A DNA stretch of 64,000 nt from Candidatus Omnitrophota bacterium (GTDB lineage: Bacteria; Omnitrophota; Omnitrophia; Omnitrophales; Aquincolibacteriaceae): the NCBI GenBank assembly GCA_035368605.1, contig DAOSLF010000006.1, forward strand, positions 17,301-81,300, read 5' to 3'. Every line of letters starts with the position of its first letter. The first letter of the stretch is position 1. Below the pieces are notes generated by a model, which worked only from the letters and a program-made list of their open reading frames with translations, was not told where the DNA came from and did no database searches. The position numbers and the translations under genes are program-made. Of this stretch, positions 40,706 through 49,831 are shown one piece after another.

Positions 40706-41505
40706 GGCATTCGGGACGTCCCGTTCGGAGACTGACCGGCGGCCCTCGCCTTCTTGTCCCACGCGAGGTAACGGCGATAGCCGGAATGGTAAATCCATTC
40801 GGGAATCCGTTTGGCGAACCACATGAAAAGCCCCCACCACCCGGGAACGTACGCGATACGTTTTCCTTTCCGGATCGCCCGGTAAATATCGGCCGCGGCA
40901 CGTTCCGCCGTCACGACACCGAAAAGCCCCTTGTTGCCGCGGATCATCGCGGTGTCCACGAACCCGGGCCGGATGTCGACGACCTTGATCCGCGTCCCGA
41001 AAAGTTTCTGGCGAAGCCCCTCCATGTAGTTAATCATGAACGCCTTCGAGGCGTTGTAGGCCGGCGAGCGCCCGCTCCCGCGATGGCCCGCGACCGACGA
41101 GATCCCGACGAGGGTGCCCGCGCCACTTTTGAGGAAATAGTTCACGGCCGTGTCCGCCATGACCATGAAGCCCAGGACGTTGACCTTCGCGGTCTCCTCC
41201 TCCTTCCTCCAGTCGAGCTCTTCGTTGCGGAAGAGGACGCCCGCGTTGACGACAAGGAGGTCCAGGCCATGCAGCTGCATGATGAGATTGTTGAGACTGT
41301 GGATCGCCTCGCGGGGGTCGCGGAGATCGATCTGGCGCGTGAAGCTCTCGCCCGCGAGTTCAGACTGGAGGGTCTTGAGTTTCTCAGGGTCGCGGCCGGT
41401 GAGACCGACCACGTACCCTTCCCCCGAAAGTCTGAGCGCCAGCGCGCGGCCGATCCCGCTGCTGGTCCCGATAATGATCGCCTTTTTCTTCTGTTGTTTC
41501 ACCAT
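40693..41505 (-). CDS. Short-chain dehydrogenase/reductase
   Basis: TGTSSGIGRA (Rossmann), NAG, and YxxxK-like catalytic residues (YNASK). Confidence 0.8.
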   Translation of the reverse strand: MVKQQKKKAIIIGTSSGIGRALALRLSGEGYVVGLTGRDPEKLKTLQSELAGESFTRQIDLRDPREAIHSLNNLIMQLHGLDLLVVNAGVLFRNEELDWRKEEETAKVNVLGFMVMADTAVNYFLKSGAGTLVGISSVAGHRGSGRSPAYNASKAFMINYMEGLRQKLFGTRIKVVDIRPGFVDTAMIRGNKGLFGVVTAERAAADIYRAIRKGKRIAYVPGWWGLFMWFAKRIPEWIYHSGYRRYLAWDKKARAAGQSPNGTSRMPCGS

Positions 41506-41583
41506 ATGACTGTCGGGTCCTTTTATAAAAAAGGCGTTGCCCCCGTCCTGGCGGGCAACGCCTTTTCGGTCTTCACGTCCGGA

Positions 41584-42015
41584 TCAGAGAGCGCCCGCGG
41601 CCGTCCTTGTCGCTTTCGCGGCCTTCCCGGCTTCTTTCTGTTTTTTCCTGGCCTCTTTCTCGGCTTTCTTCCGGGCTTTCCTGGTTTCCTTGTCGGCCTT
41701 TTTCTGCGCCCTCTTCATTTCCTTGTCGGCCCCGGACTGCGTCTTCCCGGCCTCAAGATCGGCTTTTTCCCTGGCCTCCTTCGCGATCTCCCCGGCTTCG
41801 TCGGTCGTTTCCTTCATATTCCTTCCGGCTTTCCGGCCTTCCCGCTTCGCGAATCCGGGAGGCGTGCTTTCCCCCTGCCATCCGGTCTTTCTACCCTTGA
41901 TCCATCCCTTGTGGGTTGTCCCGCCTTCGTCTTCGGCATAGGCGACAACGCCGAGCGACGCGACGCACAGGACCAGAACGGCCAATCCGGCAATCTTGAA
42001 GAATTTCGTACGCAT
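41584..42015 (-). CDS. Secreted Lys/Glu/Ala-rich low-complexity protein
   Basis: Signal peptide MRTKFFKIAGLAVLVLCVASLGVVAYA. The C-terminus is KKADKETRKARKKAEKEARKKQKEAGKAAK, encoded by degenerate tandem DNA repeats. Confidence 0.5.
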   Translation of the reverse strand: MRTKFFKIAGLAVLVLCVASLGVVAYAEDEGGTTHKGWIKGRKTGWQGESTPPGFAKREGRKAGRNMKETTDEAGEIAKEAREKADLEAGKTQSGADKEMKRAQKKADKETRKARKKAEKEARKKQKEAGKAAKATRTAAGAL

Positions 42016-42040
42016 GGTGAGTTTCTCCTTGTTGGGGTTG

Positions 42041-42238
42041 TCAGACGGCCCCGCGCATTCTAAGGAACGCGTCAACCGAACGGTCATAGGTCCTCTCGGC
42101 CGACGCGGTAAAATAGCACGCGGGAAGTTCATTCCGCTCCCGGTGGTGGGCCAGGCATTCACAGCAAATGCCTTTCCGGGGGCACGGTTCATAAGTGCAG
42201 TTGCATCGTTTCCTGTTCGCTGAGACCTTGCAATCCAT
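42041..42238 (-). CDS. Small cysteine-rich protein (65 aa), putative metal-binding
   Basis: [43 protein letters not shown]; an ATG with a GAGG RBS. The track extends it to a GTG at 42340. Confidence 0.5.
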   Translation of the reverse strand: MDCKVSANRKRCNCTYEPCPRKGICCECLAHHRERNELPACYFTASAERTYDRSVDAFLRMRGAV

Positions 42239-42623
42239 CCACGAACCTCTCGGGTTGAAGAACAGACACGGAATCCCGGTAATACGCTGCGGGATCTTTC
42301 GAATGCCGTGGATTATATCACGAAACTTTTCCGTTTCCACGCCCGAGCGTCGTCAAATCCTGGGGAGGCGGGCCTTGAGCTCGGCGAGGATTTGCAATCC
42401 AACCTCTCTGTCCCTGCGTCGATCGTCTTTTGCGGGCACCGGACCTGCGCTTCCGGGGGCCGGTCCGCCACCGGGCCAGACACTCTCCGTTCCATCGCCG
42501 GTCCTGACAAACCCCGACCGGGACCTTGAACCCGTTCTGCTAGATCACCCTTTCGATCCGTTCATACAAGTCCTTCAGACCGCAGGGCTTCGGGATTTCC
42601 GTCATAACTCCGACCTCCCCCGG

Positions 42624-42977
42624 TCAGGCGTATTTTTCAATGATATCGGCAAGCTCTTTGAGTCCGACGGGTTTGTGGAGGCACATGAGCGCCCCGTGTT
42701 TCATCGCGTCGGCGTCGATCTGGCTGTCGTTATACCCCGTGAGCATAATCGTCTTGATGCCGGGCTTTTGCGCCTTCACCTCGCGAAGAATCTCCATGCC
42801 CTTCATTCCCCCGAGCCGCATGTCCACAAAGGCGAGGTCGGGTTCCTTATCGAGAATCAGCCGGAGCCCTTCCCGCCCGTCCTCCGCCGTGTGGACTTCG
42901 TGCCCGAGCTCCGTGAAGGCGTCCCGCAACGTGCCGAGCATATCCGCTTCGTCGTCCACAAAAACGATCCTTGCCAT
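42624..42977 (-). CDS. Stand-alone response regulator receiver domain (CheY-like)
   Basis: 117 aa with a D-D-D acidic pocket, phospho-acceptor D (FVDMRLGG) and T/K motifs. It lies 1 nt after the histidine kinase stop. Confidence 0.85.
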   Translation of the reverse strand: MARIVFVDDEADMLGTLRDAFTELGHEVHTAEDGREGLRLILDKEPDLAFVDMRLGGMKGMEILREVKAQKPGIKTIMLTGYNDSQIDADAMKHGALMCLHKPVGLKELADIIEKYA

Positions 42978-42978
42978 G

Positions 42979-45180
42979 TCATCCTCCCGCGAGCGCCGGC
43001 AGGAAGACAGAGAAGACCGTCCCCTCGCCAGGCACCGATTCCAGCTGAATGTGTCCCTGATGCGCGTCGATCATTTTGCGGATAATGTAAAGCCCGAGCC
43101 CCGTTCCCTTCACCGCCGTCGCCTTCAGCGTAAAAAACGGCACAAACAGCTTCCCCTGCGTCTCCGCGTCCATGCCGATGCCGTTGTCACGCACGAGAAT
43201 CCGCACATGCGGCTTCCCGTTCAGCTCCGCGTTCTCCGCCTCGAACCGGATACTTCCCTTCTCCCAACCCTCCGGTTTCGCGAGGGTCCCGAGCCGGAAG
43301 GCCTCCTCCTTCATCGCGATCGCATCCGCCGCGTTGTCGAGCAGGTTGAAGAGCACCTCCTCGATCTCGCTGAAGTTCCCCTTGATCCGCTTCAGGTCCG
43401 GCGCGGGACTCATCACGAAATCGATCTCGCGAAGGTCGTGCTTGCACTCCCACAAACGCACGCTGTTTTCCATCGCCTCCTTCACGTCCATCGCCTTCAG
43501 CTCCTTCGAGAGCCGGCTGAAATCAAGCAGCCGCTTCACGATCTCGCCGCCGTGCGCCGCGTTCTTCGAGATCTTCCGGCAGGTGTTAAGGAGCGACTCC
43601 GTGAGCTTCAGCGCCGCAGCCGGGTCGTTCGCCTCAAGATGTTTTCGGATCTTCGGGAGCTCGACCATCATCGCCGATTCCGCGCCGAGCTTGATCACGT
43701 TGAACCGGTTATTCATCTGGTGGCCGATCCCCGACGCCATCGTCCCGAGGTCCGCCATCTTCGCCGCCTGGAACAAATGCACCTGCTGGCTCTCGAACTC
43801 CGCGAGAAAAAAACAGTTCTCGATCGCGAGCGCCGCCTGGTTCGCGAGCGTCGCGAGGATATCGAGGTCGCCTTCCGTGTAAAGACGGTTCGAGCGTTTG
43901 CTACCGAGCGCCACGAACCCGAGCAGACGATCCCGTACGAAGCTCGGCACGACGAGCGCCGCCCCGAGAGATTCCATTTCACGGGCCGCCGCCGCGCCCA
44001 AAGCCGCGTTCGTGCGCGCCTCCTCGGGAAGCACCGGCCCTTCCGTTTCGCGAAGATAGACGATAAGCGGAGACTCTTCCCCAAGCGGCCTTTCCACATC
44101 GTCCAGACCGTTGCCGCGCCGCGCCCGGCACACATAATGCTTCGCCTCGTTATCCCACAGAAAAATACGCACGTGCGTGATCTTGACCGTCTTTGTCAGG
44201 ATATGGACCGTCAGCTTCAGAAGATGTTCGAGGTCCTTGATCAGCGTCATCCCCCGCGACGCCTGCAAGAGCGTCTGCTGGTACGCCTTCTGCTCCCGCA
44301 ACAGCACCCCCTCCGCCCTCCGCTGCAACATCAGATAAAGGAACGGACCGAAAAAACTGAACAGCGCATACAAACCCAGCGGGAAATACCACCACCGGTC
44401 CCCCCAGTGCCCGGTCAGCCAGTCCCCCCCCCACACAACGCTCGCGACAGGAACCCCAATAATCACCGCGTACACAAGGATGAAGATCATCGACCGGGTA
44501 ATGGCGACATTCACATCCATGAGACGGAATTTAATGATCGCGTAGGCCGCTATGACGACATAGAGTGAAACCAGAATATTTCCTGCCGGAGGAAAAGGTA
44601 TGTTGTACCAGAGAAAATAATTTGTAAAACCGCCCCCCCATCCGATCACCGTCGCAACCAGGATATATTTCATTTGATTGCGGATTATCCCCGAAGCCCC
44701 GCGCAAGCTCCGGACAATAAGTGTCATCCCATAAACAACAATCACCACCCAAAACAACAGGAAAGGATGAAACAACAAACCGGGGACAGGCCAAAACCGG
44801 TAGCTCAGCCGGGGAGCAACGCCGGCCACAAAGAGTGAAGTAAAACTGAAAAACAACGACAAAATCGCAAACACATAGGCTGCAACCAGTGACTTTTTAC
44901 AATCCCTGATTCGTCCAAACATCGCGGCGATATGGTGAAGATAAAAAACAGGTATAAGTATCGCGCCAGCTATCAAACCACGGGAATAGAAGAGGGCTTG
45001 CTCCGGGGAATCCGAAATTTGCCAAAAAAAATAAAAAATGCTCCAAACGGCAACGGACAGGGAAAAAAACAGATAGGTGCGGTTTTTGATGTTACGCGGG
45101 TTCTGGTGGATGACAAAAGCACCAAAAACCAGGCTCGTTACAGCATTGGTCAGGCTACTGATAATACTGTAAGTGACCAT
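42979..45180 (-). CDS. Sensor histidine kinase: N-terminal 7TM receptor-like membrane domain, GAF domain, HisKA and HATPase_c
   Basis: 733 aa with about 7 predicted TM helices in the first 290 aa, a GAF-like middle, an H-box (IGHQMNNRFN) and N, G1, G2 boxes (DNGIGMD...GTGLGL). The 5-prime 800 nt are low-GC. Confidence 0.85.
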   Translation of the reverse strand: MVTYSIISSLTNAVTSLVFGAFVIHQNPRNIKNRTYLFFSLSVAVWSIFYFFWQISDSPEQALFYSRGLIAGAILIPVFYLHHIAAMFGRIRDCKKSLVAAYVFAILSLFFSFTSLFVAGVAPRLSYRFWPVPGLLFHPFLLFWVVIVVYGMTLIVRSLRGASGIIRNQMKYILVATVIGWGGGFTNYFLWYNIPFPPAGNILVSLYVVIAAYAIIKFRLMDVNVAITRSMIFILVYAVIIGVPVASVVWGGDWLTGHWGDRWWYFPLGLYALFSFFGPFLYLMLQRRAEGVLLREQKAYQQTLLQASRGMTLIKDLEHLLKLTVHILTKTVKITHVRIFLWDNEAKHYVCRARRGNGLDDVERPLGEESPLIVYLRETEGPVLPEEARTNAALGAAAAREMESLGAALVVPSFVRDRLLGFVALGSKRSNRLYTEGDLDILATLANQAALAIENCFFLAEFESQQVHLFQAAKMADLGTMASGIGHQMNNRFNVIKLGAESAMMVELPKIRKHLEANDPAAALKLTESLLNTCRKISKNAAHGGEIVKRLLDFSRLSKELKAMDVKEAMENSVRLWECKHDLREIDFVMSPAPDLKRIKGNFSEIEEVLFNLLDNAADAIAMKEEAFRLGTLAKPEGWEKGSIRFEAENAELNGKPHVRILVRDNGIGMDAETQGKLFVPFFTLKATAVKGTGLGLYIIRKMIDAHQGHIQLESVPGEGTVFSVFLPALAGG

Positions 45181-45189
45181 GGAAAGCTG

Positions 45190-46209
45190 TTACCCGTTAT
45201 TTTTCGCAATAATATAATGAATAATACCTTGTTGCTCAGACCTAACCTTGAGATTGTTTTCAGCAAACCCGGCGGACAAAAAAATCTTTTTAAACTCATC
45301 AATGCTTCGATATATCAGCTGCCACTCCCCGACCCATTCCAGAAAATAGAACGATGGATTCTGATATTTCTCTCCAAAATTAGCTATAAACAAAACGCCG
45401 TCCTTGCTCAAAAATCGCCTTAATGCCGCAATGAGACGTATCGCTATGCGCTCGTCCAAATAGTCAAACAGCCCCAAAGAAAAAATCAGATCGTACGGCG
45501 CTCGCGCCAGATCCTTTTTAAAAGCGATCCGCACGGCATTCTCGCGTTTAAAGTTCACAAATCGAGTCCAGTTGCCCAGAAGGTCTTTCGCATAATCAAT
45601 CGCATTCTGATCCTGATCATAGCAATCGATCTCTACGTCCCCAATGGCAGGAGATGCCTCTTCGAGAAACTCCTTTACATCCCGACATGGTCCGGACGCG
45701 AGATCCATAATTTTCAGGCATTTGTCTTTTCGGGATTTCAAAGCAGCTGAAAGAAACTTTACAATATCCTGTTTGCGATTCCGGATTGCGTTGGCGGCAG
45801 GCGACATCTGGGAATAGTTGTCAAAGAGACGGTCAAAACCTGTCGTTTGAGGATCGTTGCGGTACATATCATCAATAATTTTGAAATCGCCGGCATAACC
45901 GTACGGTTTCTCAAGACTGCAGCGGATATGTTCCCCGTATATAAAATCTGAACGCAACCTGTTCACAAACATCTGTTTGAGCTTATAAACACTTCTCTCA
46001 TCACCGTGCTTCAACCGGTCCTGCTCAAAAAGCATAAGGTCATGAAATATCGCATTAATCTCCTGATTGAAAATGCTTTGATAACGCCCCCACTCATTTG
46101 GGTGAGAATCCAGATGTCCCTTGATTGCCCGAGCTACTTCCCTGTATTTCCTGATTCTTGCCAATAAAGACATTTCCTGTTTTTTGAGCAAAGAGTCGAT
46201 GTTCAGCAT
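45190..46209 (-). CDS. Class I SAM-dependent methyltransferase with an N-terminal domain of about 150 aa; family unassigned; low-GC gene
   Basis: Motif I MDLASGPCRDV, an acidic post-I CYDQD and motif II PYDLIFSLGLFDYL. About 42-45% GC versus about 60% for the flanks. It starts 4 nt after the receiver stop. Confidence 0.75.
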   Translation of the reverse strand: MLNIDSLLKKQEMSLLARIRKYREVARAIKGHLDSHPNEWGRYQSIFNQEINAIFHDLMLFEQDRLKHGDERSVYKLKQMFVNRLRSDFIYGEHIRCSLEKPYGYAGDFKIIDDMYRNDPQTTGFDRLFDNYSQMSPAANAIRNRKQDIVKFLSAALKSRKDKCLKIMDLASGPCRDVKEFLEEASPAIGDVEIDCYDQDQNAIDYAKDLLGNWTRFVNFKRENAVRIAFKKDLARAPYDLIFSLGLFDYLDERIAIRLIAALRRFLSKDGVLFIANFGEKYQNPSFYFLEWVGEWQLIYRSIDEFKKIFLSAGFAENNLKVRSEQQGIIHYIIAKNNG

Positions 46210-46213
46210 AAGG

Positions 46214-46591
46214 TTAATCCCCTAAAACCTTTTTAACTTCCGCTAAAAAAACCACAAGATCGAAGGGTTTCAGGATATAGGCCGTGGGGCTCAGGGCCTG
46301 GGCCCCGGCCTCAGCCTTGGGATCGGCATAGCCGGTCATGAAGATGCGAGGCGCCTGTTTGATCCCCCGCCGGGTCATTACATCGAGAACCCGCGTCACG
46401 GTCTCAATGCCGTCCGGACCCGGCATCCGGATGTCGCTGATGATGAGATCGAAATCAATGGATTCGGCCATCGCGACCGCCTCGTCACAATGCTTCGCGA
46501 CCAGCACTTCATAGCCGTTTCGTTCGAGCGCAAGCACAAGGCTCTTTGTGATCAGTTCTTCGTCGTCAATGACCAGGATCTGTTTGCTCAT
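46214..46591 (-). CDS. Stand-alone response regulator receiver domain
   Basis: MSKQILVIDDEELI...DLIISDIRMPGPDG...MTGY, 125 aa, first gene of the apparent operon. Confidence 0.85.
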   Translation of the reverse strand: MSKQILVIDDEELITKSLVLALERNGYEVLVAKHCDEAVAMAESIDFDLIISDIRMPGPDGIETVTRVLDVMTRRGIKQAPRIFMTGYADPKAEAGAQALSPTAYILKPFDLVVFLAEVKKVLGD

Positions 46592-46658
46592 GATCGAATG
46601 CCCTCTGTCTGGATTGGAATGCGCCCCTTGGGGAACATTTTATCGGCTCTTTATATAT

Positions 46659-46693
46659 CGGGATTTCGCGGGATTTCTATAGCGGAAATCGGG
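46659..46693. promoter_or_regulatory. Three copies of a CGGGATTTC element (two direct, one inverted) upstream of the receiver-methyltransferase-kinase-receiver operon
   Basis: cgggatttc g cgggatttc tatagcg gaaatcggg, in the 85-nt gap between the Sir2 stop and the receiver start, with an adjacent TATATA(A) segment. Confidence 0.4.
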
Positions 46694-47474
46694 GCATGGC
46701 CCGGTCTTGCGCGAGGGCCTTCCAGATCGCTTCGAGGGCTTCGGCGGCGCCAAGCGAAATCCTGATATCAACCTTTTCGGAAATCCCCGTCCGGTCGGGA
46801 TTGATCTCGACGGTGGGCCTCCCTTCGCGCGCGGCCTGGACCATCGGCTGGCTGATATACGGGAAGACACTCGTGGTCCCGATGGAAAAATAAACGTCGA
46901 ACGGTTTCGCGAGGGCGCGTTCCATCATTTCGACCTTGCGCGGCGGGATCCACTCCCCGAAAAAAACGACGTCGGGACGGGCGGCGGCCCCGCACCTGGG
47001 GCACCGGGGCGGAATCGCGAACCCCTCGTAGCGCTCGACGCGCGTCCGCCAGCCGCAACGTTCGCAGAGGATCACGTACATGTCCCCGTGGAGGTCGATC
47101 ACGTTCTTTGAGCCGGCGGCCTGGTGAAGACCGTCGATATTCTGGGTCAGGACCCAGACGCGCTCGAACCGCGCTTCCATGCCCGCGAGAATCTCATGGG
47201 CGCGGTTGTGTTTTGCGCCGCGGCAGCGATTCTCGATTTGCGCGAGATATTTCCAGGTAATCCCGGGCCGCGTCCGCAAGGTCTCGCCCGCGAGCGCGGT
47301 CTCGATCGGAATGCCGTCGGCCGTCGTCCGGTCGTTATAAAGACCGCCGATTCCTCGGTAGGTCGGGATCCCCGAATCCGCCGAAATTCCGGCGCCCGTA
47401 ATGAAAAGCACGCTTCCGGCCTTCCTCAGCAATCCCGCGACTTTCCGGATCCGTTCGGTGTTCGTCACATCCAT
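46677..47474 (-). CDS. NAD-dependent protein deacylase (Sir2/CobB family)
   Basis: GAGISADSGIPTYRG, a Zn ribbon CERCG...CPRCG, and Sir2 catalytic HG. The start is placed at MDVTNTE; the track extends to 47591. Confidence 0.85.
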   Translation of the reverse strand: MDVTNTERIRKVAGLLRKAGSVLFITGAGISADSGIPTYRGIGGLYNDRTTADGIPIETALAGETLRTRPGITWKYLAQIENRCRGAKHNRAHEILAGMEARFERVWVLTQNIDGLHQAAGSKNVIDLHGDMYVILCERCGWRTRVERYEGFAIPPRCPRCGAAARPDVVFFGEWIPPRKVEMMERALAKPFDVYFSIGTTSVFPYISQPMVQAAREGRPTVEINPDRTGISEKVDIRISLGAAEALEAIWKALAQDRAMPRFPL

Positions 47475-47785
47475 AATGGCGATCCCTCCGGAGGAGCCTT
47501 GAGAAAGTAGTCCGCCATGACAAGCGCCTCCCGGGGGCCCGATGAACCCCGCCCGCCGCCTGCGGCGATCATGTAGCGCATGCCCTCGCAAAAGAGTTCC
47601 GCGCCCCGGTCGAGCCGCGTCTTGAAACGATTGGAGGCCTTGCCATCCGGCTTGACCTTGCTTCCGGGGATAAGGATCGCGGCCGCGGGTGCGATGTCGT
47701 CGTGAAGACCGTTTGCGATCACATGAACCGCCGGCGTCGGGAACAACGCGATAAAAACCCCCGCGATCCGTTTGGACATTCTCAT
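47465..47785 (-). CDS. DUF218 (YdcF/SanA-like) domain protein, apparently C-terminally truncated (possible gene remnant)
   Basis: MRMSKRIAGVFIALF...AAILIPGSKVKPDGKASNRFKTRLDRGAELFCEGMRYMIAAGG...EALVMADYF matches only the first half of DUF218. The reading frame ends with its TGA overlapping the Sir2 ATG. Confidence 0.45.
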   Translation of the reverse strand: MRMSKRIAGVFIALFPTPAVHVIANGLHDDIAPAAAILIPGSKVKPDGKASNRFKTRLDRGAELFCEGMRYMIAAGGGRGSSGPREALVMADYFLKAPPEGSPLWM

Positions 47786-47896
47786 GCCGGTAATTATCTC
47801 ACAAGCGCCCGGTTTACGGAACCCTCCGCCGGAGCGCGCAGGCGGATTTCCGGTGGCACGGAACGCGCAAGCCCGTGTATAGTATGCGTCACCCCT

Positions 47897-49714
47897 ATGA
47901 CACCGACGCAGAAAAGGATCGAACTGCTGGCCCCGGCAAAGGACGCCGCGATCGGGAAGGCCGCCGTCAACTGCGGCGCGGACGCCGTCTATCTCAGCGC
48001 CGAAAAATTCGGGGCCCGCGAGCGGGCGGGCAATGCCCTCGTCGATATCGAAGCGCTCGTCCGGCACGCCCACCGTTATTACGCGCGCGTCTATATCGCC
48101 CTGAACACGATCCTGACCGACCGCGAACTCGACGAGGCGTTTTCCCTCATCAAGTCCCTGCACGCGATCGGGATCGACGGCCTTATCATCCAGGACCCGG
48201 GACTTCTCGAACTCCCGCTCCCCCCGGTCCCCCTGTTCGCGAGCACGCAGATGAACAACGACTCACCCGAAAAGGTCCTCTTCCTCGAAAAGACCGGCTT
48301 TTCGCGCGTCATTCTCCCGCGGGAAATGACCCTCAACGAGATCCGCGCGGTGAGGAGTAAAACCTCCGTCGATCTCGAATGTTTCATCCACGGCGCGCTC
48401 TGCGTGTCTTACAGCGGGCAGTGTTATCTGAGTTACGCGATCGGCGGGAGGAGCGCGAACCGCGGCGCGTGCGCTCAACCGTGCCGGCGCCTTTACTCGC
48501 TCGTCGGCGCGGACGGCAAGGTTTTCGCGGGCCCCAAGCACCTCCTGTCCCTGAAAGACCTTAACCGTTCCGCTTCCCTCAGCGAGCTGATCGACGCGGG
48601 TGTCTCGTCGTTCAAGATCGAGGGTCGACTCAAGGACATCGCGTACGTGAAGAACACCGTGGGCTTTTACCGGCGGGAACTGGACGCCGTCCTCGCCCGG
48701 AAAAAGAGGGCGAAGAGCTCTTCGGGAACGGTTATCCCCGGCTTTGTCCCCGATCCCGCCAAAACCTTCAACCGTGGTTTCACGGATTTCGGCCTCAAGG
48801 GGCCGACCGCCGGGTGGTCGTCCCCCGGCACGCCGAAATCCCTCGGCGAGAGGATCGGAACGGTCGCAAAGGCCGCCAAAGACTATTTCACGCTAACGGG
48901 CCCCCACGACCTCGCGAACGGTGACGGAATCTGTTTTTTTGACGCGCGCGGGGAACTGCGCGGCTCCGTCGTGAACTCGGTCGCGAACGACCGCGTGTAC
49001 CCGGACAAGACCGGCGGCCTGACGGCCGGCGCCGTCATTTACAGGAATCACGACCGCGCGTTCCTGAAAACGCTCACGGCGAAAACCTCGTGCGAGCGGC
49101 GAATCGCCGTGTCGTTCGTACTGAGCGGGACCCCGGACGGGTTCCGTCTCACGGCGCGCGACGAGGACGGGAACACCGCGGACTTCTCCGTCCCGGCCGC
49201 AAAACAGCCCGCGGAGAAAAAAGCGCAGGCCGAAGAGACGCTCGTGAAACAGATTTCGAAGCTCCATGACACGGCGTTCACCTGCATCTCGGTCACGCAC
49301 ACGCTTCCCGAGATCTGTTTCCTGCCCGTGTCGCTCCTCAACACGCTCCGCCGCGGCGCGATCGAAACACTGATCGAGGCCCGGGAGCGGGCCCGCCCCC
49401 GGGAGACCGCCGCGATCCATCCGAACGACGCTCCTTATCCCGTGAAGACCCTCGATTACCGGGCAAACTGCCTTAACCGGAAAGCCGTTGATTTCTTCAG
49501 GCGTCACGGCGCCGAAGTAACGGAGATGGCGGCCGAATCGGGCCTCCCCATGCAGGGCCGGCTCCTGATGCGCTCGAAATACTGCGTCAAACGCGATCTC
49601 GGGTCGTGCGGGAAAATGACGGAACCTCTTTTTCTCGCGGATGAGAACGGTCGACGCTTTCGCCTGGCATTCGACTGCGACGGGTGCCGCATGCTGGTCT
49701 TCGACGACCGATAG
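47897..49714 (+). CDS. Peptidase U32 family protein (collagenase-like; YegQ/RlhA-type)
   Basis: The start is placed at MTPTQKRIELLAPAKDAAIGKAAVNCGADAVYLS. It has a U32 core with the conserved E...C motif and a C-terminal U32 extension. It is the only plus-strand gene. Confidence 0.85.
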   Translation: MTPTQKRIELLAPAKDAAIGKAAVNCGADAVYLSAEKFGARERAGNALVDIEALVRHAHRYYARVYIALNTILTDRELDEAFSLIKSLHAIGIDGLIIQDPGLLELPLPPVPLFASTQMNNDSPEKVLFLEKTGFSRVILPREMTLNEIRAVRSKTSVDLECFIHGALCVSYSGQCYLSYAIGGRSANRGACAQPCRRLYSLVGADGKVFAGPKHLLSLKDLNRSASLSELIDAGVSSFKIEGRLKDIAYVKNTVGFYRRELDAVLARKKRAKSSSGTVIPGFVPDPAKTFNRGFTDFGLKGPTAGWSSPGTPKSLGERIGTVAKAAKDYFTLTGPHDLANGDGICFFDARGELRGSVVNSVANDRVYPDKTGGLTAGAVIYRNHDRAFLKTLTAKTSCERRIAVSFVLSGTPDGFRLTARDEDGNTADFSVPAAKQPAEKKAQAEETLVKQISKLHDTAFTCISVTHTLPEICFLPVSLLNTLRRGAIETLIEARERARPRETAAIHPNDAPYPVKTLDYRANCLNRKAVDFFRRHGAEVTEMAAESGLPMQGRLLMRSKYCVKRDLGSCGKMTEPLFLADENGRRFRLAFDCDGCRMLVFDDR

Positions 49715-49770
49715 GCGAAGACCATATCCCGCTTCGCAGGTGTGATATGGTCCGATCCGTCCTCAAAAAA

Positions 49771-49827
49771 AATCCCCGGACCCTTTTGGAATCCGGGGAT
49801 CGTTTCTCTGTCCCTGCGGGACAGGGA
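49771..49827. terminator. Two tandem hairpins forming a bidirectional terminator between the U32 gene (plus) and tRNA-Pro (minus)
   Basis: ATCCCCGGA-loop-TCCGGGGAT, flanked by AAAAAAAA on the plus strand (a T8 tract follows it on the minus strand), then GTCCCTG-cggga-CAGGGAC. Confidence 0.6.
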
Positions 49828-49831
49828 CGAC

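Noticed and set aside
41584-41800. A repetitive DNA tract (ggcc ttc ttt ctg-like units) that could be mistaken for a tandem-repeat or CRISPR-like array
   Set aside because: The repeats are short, degenerate and in-frame. They encode the Lys/Glu/Ala-rich tail of a secreted protein. There are no spacers and no cas genes, and there is no CRISPR array anywhere in the window.
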